DNA from: Dehalococcoidia bacterium
GTDB taxonomy: Bacteria > Chloroflexota > Dehalococcoidia > CAUJGQ01
Assembly (NCBI GenBank): GCA_050184225.1
Contig: JBFXAN010000007.1
Location: 1,141-65,140, forward strand
Length of the DNA: 64,000 bases
Reading direction: 5' to 3'
Made by a program: the position numbers and the translations under genes. The notes beneath the pieces are model-generated. The model searched no databases. It was not told the DNA's origin and worked only from the letters and a program-made list of their open reading frames with translations. Position 1 is the stretch's first letter. The number at the start of each line of letters is the position of its first letter. Positions 9,605-18,657 of this stretch are shown here, piece by piece.

Positions 9605-10852
9605 ATGACCACGGCAGTCTTCCCAGATCAGGGGATTATCTTCTGGCCGGTCGGCACTGGCGATTCCACGACCATCGTCTTCGACGAAGAGTGTGTCCTT
9701 CAGGTCGACCTTCACCACATGGCGGCAGCTGACGCAGAGGGCGCCGTGTGCTGCCCTGTAGTCGACCGTCTCCTAGAATCCCTGCCGCGTCGCGATGGGA
9801 AGCCTTACCTGGCGGTGTTTGCCCTCACCCACGCCGACCTCGATCATTGCAAGGGTTTCGGCGACCTGCTCGACTCAGATGTTCTGGTTGGCGAAATATG
9901 GGCTACGCCGCGGCTTTGGCGCGAATATGCGGACGAGGCCGAGATGTGCGAGGACGCGCGGCGGTTCCATGAGGAGGCAGATCGTCGCGTGCAGGCATCG
10001 CTTGAGCACCTCGCGGCCTGGCGTGACGTCCCGAGCGGTGACCGAGTGCGCATCATCGGCTACGACACCGACGTGAACGACCCGAGCCATCCCTACAGTG
10101 TCCTGCCCGACGAGCAGCGCAGTTTCCCCGGGGACGTCGTCACCGTAGTTGATGGTGTGGATGTCGGGCACCGCTTCGAGGCTTTCATTCACGCGCCGTT
10201 CAAAGACGACTGCGCAGCGGCGCGCAACGACACGTCCTTGGCGATGCAGGTCACGCTCCGGAACGGCGAGACCGACGGTCGCGTGCTACTATTCGGTGAT
10301 CTGGCGTATCCCACGCTGCGACTCATCTTCGACAGGAGCGTGGAGGCAGGAAATGCGGACCGTCTCCAGTGGGATGTGCTGCTCGCTCCGCACCACTGTA
10401 GCCGCAAAGTGATGTACGCCCCGGACGAGAACGGCGAGGAGGAGATGAAGCAAGATATCCTCGACGACTTCGATGCTAGTCGGCAGGAACCAGCCTATGT
10501 CGTGGCAAGCTCCAACCCGGTGCCGGCAACGAACCAGCCGAGGGACAATCCGCCCCATGCAAAAGCGAAGGCGCGCTACCAGGAGCTGGGCATCGAGCAG
10601 TTCCTCTGCACGCAGGAGCACGGCAGTGTCGACGCCCCTCAACCTGCCGTGTTCGCGCTGGTGCCGGGCGTGGGCCTTGTGCTCCAGCCGATCGAGGCGG
10701 TCGAGAGTGAATCCCTGGGCAAAACAATGGCGAAGCTCGCCGCTGCGGCGGCCGGCGGGACCGGCACGCTGATCGCGACACAGGAGGCGCTGAAGCGAGC
10801 TCGCGGTACGGATGCCGCGCCGGTCAAGCCCGTGGGCTTCGGTGGGTCGTAG
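9605..10852 (+). CDS. metallo-beta-lactamase-fold hydrolase (ComEC-C-terminal-like)
   Basis: VGTGDS ... LTHADLDHCKGF ... FGDL ... LLAPHHCS motifs. The Ala/Gly-rich C-terminal tail ends VGFGGS. Confidence 0.75.
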   Translation: MTTAVFPDQGIIFWPVGTGDSTTIVFDEECVLQVDLHHMAAADAEGAVCCPVVDRLLESLPRRDGKPYLAVFALTHADLDHCKGFGDLLDSDVLVGEIWATPRLWREYADEAEMCEDARRFHEEADRRVQASLEHLAAWRDVPSGDRVRIIGYDTDVNDPSHPYSVLPDEQRSFPGDVVTVVDGVDVGHRFEAFIHAPFKDDCAAARNDTSLAMQVTLRNGETDGRVLLFGDLAYPTLRLIFDRSVEAGNADRLQWDVLLAPHHCSRKVMYAPDENGEEEMKQDILDDFDASRQEPAYVVASSNPVPATNQPRDNPPHAKAKARYQELGIEQFLCTQEHGSVDAPQPAVFALVPGVGLVLQPIEAVESESLGKTMAKLAAAAAGGTGTLIATQEALKRARGTDAAPVKPVGFGGS

Positions 10853-10861
10853 CCGCGGAGA

Positions 10862-13432
10862 ATGGCGAGCACGGCCGGGCGAGATATAACACCGGGACAG
10901 GAGCAGGCGCTTCTTGAGCTTCGGGAAATCGCGGCCGAAGATCCTGCGGCCTTCGAGATCCTTGAGGTAGAGCAACTCACAACATCCGGTCATCTGCCGA
11001 TCCTCATCTCCGTCGGCACGTCAGGGGCCGGACAGGAAGGGCTGCTTACCCAAACCGGTCCCCGCGCACGGATTCGGGCTCGCGAACGCTTCCGCGTCCT
11101 CGTGCCCGCCAGCTTTCCCTTCGAGTATCCGCTGGTGCTCGTGCAACATGACCGGTTCGCGGGCCTTCCCCACGTACAGTGGCGGCGCTCCATCTGCTTG
11201 TACGTCTCACCGACGACGGAGTGGCAGCCCTCCGACGGCATGTTCGGCTTCCTCGAGCGCCTGCTGAAATGGATTGAGAGGGCGGCTGCCGGCGCATTGG
11301 ACCCGGCCGGCGAACCGCTGCACCCCCCCGCTGTCTATCCGACGACAGAAGGAGGAGCCGTGGTTGTCCGCGCTGATGCTCCTCTTACGACTGAAGAACC
11401 TTGGCTAGGCATTGCGGTGCTCAGGCGAATATCGCAGGTCCGGGTCGATCTGGTCGACTGGGCGGACCTCTCCGACGCACAGAACCTGCTCTACAATTCA
11501 CCCGCCGACGTGGCCAGCAAATGGCTCGAGGGCGAGGATAGACTCGGGAGCCTCGTCCTTGGATTGGCCGTCCTTTTGCCCAAACCGACGCAGTACGAGT
11601 ACCCAGTCAACGCACGCGCGCTCGTGGACATACTAGCCGGGCAGGGAATTTCTAAGGATAGTCTGATCAGCGGGCTGGCACTTCTGGCATTGCTTAACAA
11701 CCGCTTTGCCCCGCACCGACACGCCGATGAAGCAGAGGACACACCGATCTTCATGGTCGTCGGTGCACCGATGCGTGGGATGGCTGGCGGCGAGCGGCGA
11801 CAGCACCTCGCCGTCTGGCGGCTTTCTGAGCTGGGCCGGGATATCGTTCGGCTGCTCGACAATGTCTTCTCTGACTACACCGAACAGGCGTCCGTGGGGG
11901 AGAAGGCCAAGGACTTGCTGAGTGAGTGGCTCGATGTCGCCGGTCTGGATTGGGCGCGGGTCTACGAGGAGCGTCCCGAAGTGAGTACGCGGCGGGACGC
12001 TGGTAGTCCCCTGGAAGAGATTCGGGGCAAGCACGTCATGCTGCTCGGGTGTGGGGCCATTGGTGGGCATGCCGCTGAGTACCTCGTACGGGCGGGCGTG
12101 GCGTGCCTGACCCTCGTCGACAACGGGCGCGTCTCGCCGGGGGTGCTCGTGCGTCAGCCGTACGACGACTCCGACATTCATCGACCAAAGGCCGAAGCCC
12201 TTGCTGCGGGCCTTCACCGCATGAGGCCCGATTTGAACGTACGAGTGATCGTGGGGGACGCCCGCAAGACTGTGCTCGCCGACGATGAGCTCCGTGATGT
12301 CGATCTCATCATCGATGCAGCCGCAAATGCCGCCGTGACGGCGTTGCTCGAGCGGCGAAGGCGGGATTGGCCCTGGCCGCGCCCCTCGATTGTCACCATG
12401 CTGCTCGGACACCGAGCGACCCGTGCTATGACGACGGTCGCACCGAGTGATTACACCGGCAGCGGAATAGACCTGATGCGCAAGGTCAAGGTTGCAGTGT
12501 TCGCCGACCCGGATCTAGACGCGTTCGCCGAGGACTTCTTTCCCGATCCGCCCCGGTCCGACTACTTCCAGCCTGAGCCGGGTTGCTCGGAGGCCACATT
12601 TGTCGGTGCTGATGCTGACGTGGCGGCGCTCACCGCAACACTGCTCACGCACTCCCTGTCGCTGTGGAGATCGGCCGCGGACAGTGCGCGGGCGGCGGCC
12701 GTGTTAGTGGATCTGGGACTCGATACCAAGTTCCCCGCCAAGCTACGGCACATCTGGTGGCCTGCGGACGTGGTCCATCGCGACACCGACGCTCCGCTGG
12801 AGATCCGAATCTCACCATCAGCGTTCGCCGAAGTCCGAGCGGAGTGCCGCTTGATGGCACGACGACGCGGTTCGGAGATCGAGACCGGCGGCATCCTGCT
12901 CGGCGAGATAGACGATGCGTGCGGGATAGCGTGGGTGTCGGCAGCGACGGGCCCGCCACCTGACAGTCGGGCCTCGGCGCGGGCATTCATATGTGGTGTC
13001 GATGGGGTCGAGGAGCTGATCACTTCGCATGACCGAGCCTCCGGTGGGGCGTTGCGATTTGTCGGGATGTGGCATTGCCACCCTTTCGGATCGGCTAGAC
13101 CTAGTCCGGTAGACGACGAGGGGATGCGAGAACTCGTAACGCCGTTAGCTCAAGCCCCTCGGCGCGCGCTCCTGCTAATCATTGGCGGACGGGGTGCTCG
13201 CTGGGAATCCTGGCTGAATTCATCTGACGCAGGTAGCGTTGACGTACCACCCGAACTGTTCGTCCATCTTTGCCACCGGACCAGCGTCAGGGGTGCGACG
13301 TCTACCACTCCCACAGCCCTCTACCTAGCCGCCCTTTCGCACCCCAATTCCGCCGAGACACGTAGGTGGCCCTCAGCTCGCGAGAGAGCGGATCGCCGCG
13401 TGTGGCCCTGGGTCAGGTGGTGGCGCAGTTGA
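10862..13432 (+). CDS. E2(UBC-like)-E1(ThiF-like)-JAB/JAMM triple-fusion protein (Cap2+Cap3-like)
   Basis: E2 module: FPFEYP..LPHVQWRRSICLY (Cys112). E1 module: HVMLLGCGAIGGHAAEYLVRAGV..LVDNGRV. JAB module: ETGGILLG...WHCHPFGSARPSPVDD. Confidence 0.8.
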   Translation: MASTAGRDITPGQEQALLELREIAAEDPAAFEILEVEQLTTSGHLPILISVGTSGAGQEGLLTQTGPRARIRARERFRVLVPASFPFEYPLVLVQHDRFAGLPHVQWRRSICLYVSPTTEWQPSDGMFGFLERLLKWIERAAAGALDPAGEPLHPPAVYPTTEGGAVVVRADAPLTTEEPWLGIAVLRRISQVRVDLVDWADLSDAQNLLYNSPADVASKWLEGEDRLGSLVLGLAVLLPKPTQYEYPVNARALVDILAGQGISKDSLISGLALLALLNNRFAPHRHADEAEDTPIFMVVGAPMRGMAGGERRQHLAVWRLSELGRDIVRLLDNVFSDYTEQASVGEKAKDLLSEWLDVAGLDWARVYEERPEVSTRRDAGSPLEEIRGKHVMLLGCGAIGGHAAEYLVRAGVACLTLVDNGRVSPGVLVRQPYDDSDIHRPKAEALAAGLHRMRPDLNVRVIVGDARKTVLADDELRDVDLIIDAAANAAVTALLERRRRDWPWPRPSIVTMLLGHRATRAMTTVAPSDYTGSGIDLMRKVKVAVFADPDLDAFAEDFFPDPPRSDYFQPEPGCSEATFVGADADVAALTATLLTHSLSLWRSAADSARAAAVLVDLGLDTKFPAKLRHIWWPADVVHRDTDAPLEIRISPSAFAEVRAECRLMARRRGSEIETGGILLGEIDDACGIAWVSAATGPPPDSRASARAFICGVDGVEELITSHDRASGGALRFVGMWHCHPFGSARPSPVDDEGMRELVTPLAQAPRRALLLIIGGRGARWESWLNSSDAGSVDVPPELFVHLCHRTSVRGATSTTPTALYLAALSHPNSAETRRWPSARERADRRVWPWVRWWRS

Positions 13433-14580
13433 AGCGCGACATTGGATTAGCACTCTCGGGGGGTGGCTTCCGTGCCGCAGCGTTCCATCTGGGCTGCCTT
13501 CGCGCGCTCGACGACCGGGGTCTGCTCCCGCGTGTACGGGTCATCTCGGGTGTATCAGGCGGCGCGCTGCTCTCAGCCCTCTATGCGTACGGTCCGGCCA
13601 ACTTCCGCGAGTTTGATGAACGGGCGACGGAACTCCTACGCAATGGTTTGCAGCTTTCGATCACGCGTCAATTCCTGATGACTCGCCGCGCCCTGGAGGC
13701 TGGGCTTGGCGTCGCGCTCCGACCGGCCGATGCTGCCATATCTCTTGCTCAACGCCTGTTGGCGCCCAACGGCCCGAAACGGCAACGTGCTGCATTAGGG
13801 CAGACAGGTTTGCAACGCGTGCCGCGCGTCAATGTGACCACGGCGTTTGCCGACGTGCTCGCGGAGCGGTTCTTCGGTACCAAGTCAATGCCGATGGTGA
13901 CCCACGACGGACTCGATGTGGTGCTCACGGCGTGCGACCTCTGGACCGGGAGCGCAGTCCGATTCGGAAGCCGAACGAGCGCCTGCTCCCGCATTGGAGA
14001 GATACTCGATGACGTGACCGTCGCCTCGGCCGTCGCGGCATCGGCCGCATACCCGGCGCTGCTTCCCTCGCTGGAGCAGCGCTACCGCTTCCGCGATCGA
14101 GCTGGGAGGGAGTTGGAGCAACTGCTCCTGCTGACCGACGGCGGCGTATACGACAATCTCGGGCTTAGCGTCCTTGAGCTGGGCCGGGATGAGCGCTATA
14201 CCCGTCATGTCTACGACGTGGACTACGTGGTCGCCTGTGATGCGGGCCAAGGTCGCTTGGCACCAGCATTGCCGCGGGTGTGGCCGACGCGCATGATGAG
14301 GGTCGTGAGTGTCATGCATGGGCGCGCTCAAAATAGGCAACGCGCACTTCTCTACGCGGCTAGATCGAGCGGGAATCTGTCAGGATTTGTCCATGCCTAC
14401 CTCGGCATGGAGGATCGATTCTTACCAGTGCCTCTTCCCGACCTTGTCCCCAGAGAGGCGGTCGCCCAATATCCGACCAATTTTAGGGCAGTGTCTGCGG
14501 AAGGTCTTTACAACCTCACTATTCGTGGCGAGCAACTCGCGCGGATACTTTTGGCTCACTACTGCCCGTCCTTGACTTGA
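13366..14580 (+). CDS. patatin-like phospholipase
   Basis: LSGGGFRAAAFHLG oxyanion motif, GVSGG (Ser64) and TDGGVYDNLG. The true start may be the GTG at 13417, which overlaps the upstream stop. Confidence 0.85.
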   Translation: MALSSRESGSPRVALGQVVAQLKRDIGLALSGGGFRAAAFHLGCLRALDDRGLLPRVRVISGVSGGALLSALYAYGPANFREFDERATELLRNGLQLSITRQFLMTRRALEAGLGVALRPADAAISLAQRLLAPNGPKRQRAALGQTGLQRVPRVNVTTAFADVLAERFFGTKSMPMVTHDGLDVVLTACDLWTGSAVRFGSRTSACSRIGEILDDVTVASAVAASAAYPALLPSLEQRYRFRDRAGRELEQLLLLTDGGVYDNLGLSVLELGRDERYTRHVYDVDYVVACDAGQGRLAPALPRVWPTRMMRVVSVMHGRAQNRQRALLYAARSSGNLSGFVHAYLGMEDRFLPVPLPDLVPREAVAQYPTNFRAVSAEGLYNLTIRGEQLARILLAHYCPSLT

Positions 14581-14973
14581 GGCATACTCACGCCGCCAAC
14601 GAAGCCTAAAATGCTAGGCATTATTAACTCATATAGTCAGCGATTGTGATGTATAGAACTGACTTGTCATTATGTTCGGCATTCGGTCCGTGCTGCGTGC
14701 GTGCTCCATACTTCCAGTAGGGCTGGCGTCGCCTTCGTCGCGACGCTCAGCATCCGTGCCGTCGGCCGGAGCTGACGACGAGCCTGGAAGACAGGCGCCC
14801 CATCTTGACGGCCGGGTGCCCGTGCCGGTTGCAGGTATGGTGCGACCGCTACGTCGGGATGGCGGAACGCTGCGCCACAGGCGGTGCCGCTCAGTCAGTG
14901 TTCGCATAACGCCAGTTTCCCGCCCCTCGGTGCGGCGCCTATTGACCTGGACTAACGCACCGTCGCTCCGGCA

Positions 14974-15186
14974 TCAGCCAATGCGGCGGTAGGGGTAGCG
15001 ATCCTTTAATTCCTCGTGAACGAATGACCCCTTGGAGGGGGCGGACAAGAAGCGCTGAAAGACGCTCGATGGCACGCCGCTGTAGGCATACAGGGAGCCG
15101 TTATGGAACCGCACCTGCAGGAGTTCGGTCGCGTCATCATAACCAATCGCGGCGACGTTGCTGGATGAGACCGGGATCATGTCCAT
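14974..15186 (-). CDS. KTSC domain protein
   Basis: SSNVAAIGYD..LLQVRFHNGSLYAYSGVPSSVFQRFLSAPSKGSF matches the KTSC domain pattern. Confidence 0.7.
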   Translation of the reverse strand: MDMIPVSSSNVAAIGYDDATELLQVRFHNGSLYAYSGVPSSVFQRFLSAPSKGSFVHEELKDRYPYRRIG

Positions 15187-15370
15187 CAGCTTCCCCCAAT
15201 CGCGTGTCGGTCATTGGTCCCGCCACCCATGCTGCTTGCCACGCCAGCATGGGCGATGAACGAGCAGGTCATACACTTCGGAGTCTGCTCCCATGCTACC
15301 GGTATCTGCCAGTTAGGCAGCCCACGCCGCACAACGGCCACTTTGCGTCGCGGCCGTATAATTAGCGCAT

Positions 15371-15922
15371 ATGGTTGAACAATTCACCTACGCTGCCGCT
15401 GCCTTGCCGTCGCATCTCCGATGGCAGATTCTCGACTTCCTGCGGATGGAGTGGCCCGAGGGCTTCGCCGGCGACAATCGCTTGCGCGAGTGGATATCAC
15501 CGGCGCACGAGCACCCGATGCACATCGTGCTGGTAGACGGCGACCTCCTCGTCAGTCACACCGAGGTGAAGCGGAAGGACCTCGAGCACGACGGCGTCAT
15601 CTATAAGGCATATGGGCTGAGCGGCGTGCTCACCTACCCGCAGTTCCGGCGCGAGGGATACGGCCTGCAGGTGGTGGAGGCCGGCAAGCGCCATATCGAG
15701 CGGACGGACGCCGACATCGCCATCTTCAACAGCCGGTTGCGGGGCTTCTACGAGCGGGCGGGCTTCATCCCGATGGAGTCGCTGCACATGACCTACGGCG
15801 ACCCGGCACACCCGACCGTGAGCGACGAGACGACCTTCATGCTCTTCCTGACGGAGAAAGGCCGGGCAGGCCGCAGGAGCTTCGAGACCCGACCCGTCTA
15901 CTTCGGTGCCGACACGTGGTAG
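15371..15922 (+). CDS. GNAT-family N-acetyltransferase
   Basis: FRREGYGLQVVEAG (acetyl-CoA binding R-x-x-G-x-G/A) and a YERAGF motif. Confidence 0.7.
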   Translation: MVEQFTYAAAALPSHLRWQILDFLRMEWPEGFAGDNRLREWISPAHEHPMHIVLVDGDLLVSHTEVKRKDLEHDGVIYKAYGLSGVLTYPQFRREGYGLQVVEAGKRHIERTDADIAIFNSRLRGFYERAGFIPMESLHMTYGDPAHPTVSDETTFMLFLTEKGRAGRRSFETRPVYFGADTW

Positions 15923-16049
15923 ACCGACGGCTCACGTCGCCTTTGACGGGTTCTACGTCGTGGACGGCCAGGTTGACGATCACCGATCACGTCGGCACGG
16001 CAAGACTGCCCCCAAAGTCGGTCGGTGCGAAAGACATACAGCAACCGTA

Positions 16050-16676
16050 CTACAGCCAAGCCTTCCCCTTGTAATACATGACCATCGGATCGATGTCCAG
16101 CAATTTATTTGCACTGTCAACACCAACAAGCACACCGATCACTTCCAGTGCAACACCTCTCGCACTCCTAGACAACAGTAGAAATCGCTCCGTCATACTG
16201 TCGCTAATCAACGACTCCGCCGAAGCGATCAGTCGAATAGTCCAATTGCTCTTTCTTCCCATGAATAGCAGATGATCGACCAGTTCATGATAGCGCTCTA
16301 CTTTGAAATTACTCTGAACGGCTGCCAGATCAAATTCAATAGACTGGAAATCGTCGTTGGCTAGTGCTTGCTCGTCAAGAATCAATAGCTTGCCATGGTC
16401 GGCAGCATATTTCTGTACCATCTGGAATCTTTGTGCAGGAAAGAGTCTTTGTATCACTTCTCTTGAACGGGCGCCCTCCTCGGATAGCTCGCCGGTGAGC
16501 TCGAAGTTTAGTCCGAGCACACTGAGCAGCTTTCCAAGGCCGAGCTTTCCTCCAGTTTTATCGTTACGGCGAGAAGATTCTGTCGATTTGAGCTGCTCCT
16601 CAACCCTTTCGACCGTAGAGCTGTATGCGATATCTATTTTCGCCGTGTTCATGTATACCATATTGAGAATGGACAT
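16050..16676 (-). CDS. hypothetical protein (low-GC cassette, downstream gene)
   Basis: 208-aa clean ORF in a visibly AT-richer segment, 7 nt after the upstream gene. No family recognised. Confidence 0.5.
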   Translation of the reverse strand: MSILNMVYMNTAKIDIAYSSTVERVEEQLKSTESSRRNDKTGGKLGLGKLLSVLGLNFELTGELSEEGARSREVIQRLFPAQRFQMVQKYAADHGKLLILDEQALANDDFQSIEFDLAAVQSNFKVERYHELVDHLLFMGRKSNWTIRLIASAESLISDSMTERFLLLSRSARGVALEVIGVLVGVDSANKLLDIDPMVMYYKGKAWL

Positions 16677-16682
16677 TACAGT

Positions 16683-17543
16683 TTACCTCAGATCATGATC
16701 GTTCGCTTCTAAGCGGTTGATCTGTTCAGTGAGTTCTTCGATGCGGCCAAGCTCGAACCCAAACAATTCACTTTGCAAGTGTATGGCAAGGCTGTCAATA
16801 TCTTCGAGACCATGTCGTAACTCTTCAGCTTCTGTATTCCTATGTAGTTTGTCAAGAACGTCACACTTTGCTGTAACCAGTGCGCGAAAAACAAAGGGAT
16901 AGTATGAGCTGGTGTCGTAATACTCATCGGAGAAGATGCATTTGGGTTTGTACTCGTCGGATAGCAGTGATTCAATACCGTAATTGCAGTATTCTAGTGC
17001 CTCAGATTCTTGTCCGTTCATGTTGTAATGAATAGCCATTATAAAGTTCATGTACGGTTCTGTCGGATCATATTCGAGGGCCATGCGAGCAGCTTCAACT
17101 CCGCGATCAGTCTCTCCTGCATCAAGAAGCAGGTCACAGGCGGTCATACATAGCGAAAGAATGATGCGAGATGTGTAGTGGGTATCCTGAACAATATCGA
17201 ATCCATCACGGACGAGTTGCCATGCGCGGTTGTAGTCACCTGACTCGCGGGCTTCACTAATGGAGTTCATGAGGCTATGCATCTGGTCTATATGCGACAA
17301 CTCATCAGGGCCGAGCCATAGGGTTCGCTGATGTTTGTCGAGTTTAACTACCATTTCCTCGCCGGTGGCCAGATTGGTTGCGTGGTACACGATCATACAA
17401 CCGCCGATAGCGAGGATGTACTCCAGTAGCAGCGTGCCAGTAGGGGTCTCCAGTCGGTGGCCAATGTAGCTCTCTGGGGTACGCATTGGCAGCGCTCTTT
17501 CCACTGGTGTTGGTCGGCGCGTCGCGCTTACTGACCGCTGCAC
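16683..17543 (-). CDS. hypothetical protein with helical-repeat (TPR-like) region
   Basis: 286-aa ORF in the low-GC segment. The central and C-terminal part is helical-repeat-like (YNRAWQLVRDG..., ALEYDPTEPYMNFIMAIHY). Confidence 0.5.
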   Translation of the reverse strand: MQRSVSATRRPTPVERALPMRTPESYIGHRLETPTGTLLLEYILAIGGCMIVYHATNLATGEEMVVKLDKHQRTLWLGPDELSHIDQMHSLMNSISEARESGDYNRAWQLVRDGFDIVQDTHYTSRIILSLCMTACDLLLDAGETDRGVEAARMALEYDPTEPYMNFIMAIHYNMNGQESEALEYCNYGIESLLSDEYKPKCIFSDEYYDTSSYYPFVFRALVTAKCDVLDKLHRNTEAEELRHGLEDIDSLAIHLQSELFGFELGRIEELTEQINRLEANDHDLR

Positions 17544-17727
17544 TGGTTCGTAAACCTTCGGCAGCCGAGCGCCTCGGCCTGGGTTCGATCGTGCTCCTCC
17601 GGCGGCGGGATAATTTAGAAACCTATGCTGAGGTCAGTAAGTCAGCGGGTGGTTAAAGCCTGATTGGAGGCGCGCTCTTTAAAGTTGGTCACTTGGGTGT
17701 CACGTCTGTCAATACTGGCACGGTGAG

Positions 17728-18445
17728 TGTACACGTTCAGTGATTCTGTCGTCCGATCTGTTCAGTGAAAGTGTCACCTCCCGTACCGGCGCCAGGGGTG
17801 CGAGGCGGCGGGCGGGCGCTGGCGGCTGGGGGCGGCGTCAATCGGCGTGGGCGCGGCGACGGTGACGGCGGGCTGGTCCGGGCCGAACCAGTGATGGGGA
17901 CTGCCATCGGCCTGGACGAGCATGCCCTCCTGGGCCATCCGCACCCGCCGCGCCCGTCGCACCGGCCGGCGCCGCGGGTGCGCCTCGACCACTCCGGCGG
18001 CGCGCAGCACGCGGCGCACCGTGCTGCGGCTGAGGTGGATCGCCTCCCGTTCCGCCAGCGTCTCGGTCAGGTGCTGCTGGTTGAAGCCGGCGTATGGTCC
18101 TTGGGCCAACGCCACGATGCGGGCGGCAGCCTCCGGCGCCGTCGCCCACGCTGGCGTGCGCCCGCGATTGCCATGCACCAGGGCCGCTGGACCATGGGCG
18201 CGGTAGGCCGCCTGCAGCCGCTGCACCTGGCGAACCGAGCGTCCGAGCAGCGCCGCAGCCTCCTCGACTGTGACCAGACCCGCCCAGACCTGGTTCAACA
18301 CCAGCGCTCGCTTCTGCTCATTGCGTCCCAAGATGAGTGTCTCCTCGTTCATCCCTTCAGCGTTCGTGATGCCGTGCCCACGCGCAGCGCCACGGTGACA
18401 TTTTCACTGAACACTTCGCGGGTGACGGAATCGCTGGACACCCAC
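17728..18445. mobile_element. internally deleted IS remnant with imperfect terminal inverted repeats
   Basis: TTCAGTGAAAGTGTCACC (17761-17778) faces GGTGACATTTTCACTGAA (18395-18412). A flanking 16-nt direct repeat ATACTGGCACGGTGAG lies at 17712-17727 and 18446-18461. Confidence 0.55.
17774..18352 (-). pseudogene. truncated transposase (HTH N-terminus plus start of DDE domain; ISNCY/IS481-like)
   Basis: LVHGNRGR and MLVQADGSPHHWFGP motifs are typical of the N-terminal third of these transposases. The rest of the DDE domain is missing. Confidence 0.6.
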
Positions 18446-18495
18446 ATACTGGCACGGTGAGCCAGCATCATAACCTGCCGACCGAGTCCCTCCAC

Positions 18496-18596
18496 GTCCG
18501 ATAACGGCTTTTATCGGACTCACGCCCCCACCCGGCTCAATTCAACCTGGTCGCTGGCTGCGTCCGGATAACGGGCAAATCCTCACGTTATCGGAC
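18496..18596. promoter_or_regulatory. two inverted-repeat pairs of GTCCGATAAC upstream of the recombinase gene
   Basis: Pair 1 is GTCCGATAA-N6-TTATCGGAC (18496-18519). Pair 2 is GTCCGGATAACG-N12-CGTTATCGGAC (18562-18596). Confidence 0.4.
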
Positions 18597-18657
18597 CCAC
18601 TTTCCGGGGCCACGTTGCCGTTGACGGCCTGCCACCCGCGCGGTATCGTTAGGCCAT

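Noticed and set aside
14974-15186. The KTSC protein, which ends ...YRRIG, as the missing ubiquitin-like partner of the E2-E1-JAB operon.
   Set aside because: It is convergent, not co-transcribed. The KTSC pattern is a distinct small domain as far as I know, and the C-terminal residues look like the normal family ending. This is speculation without support.
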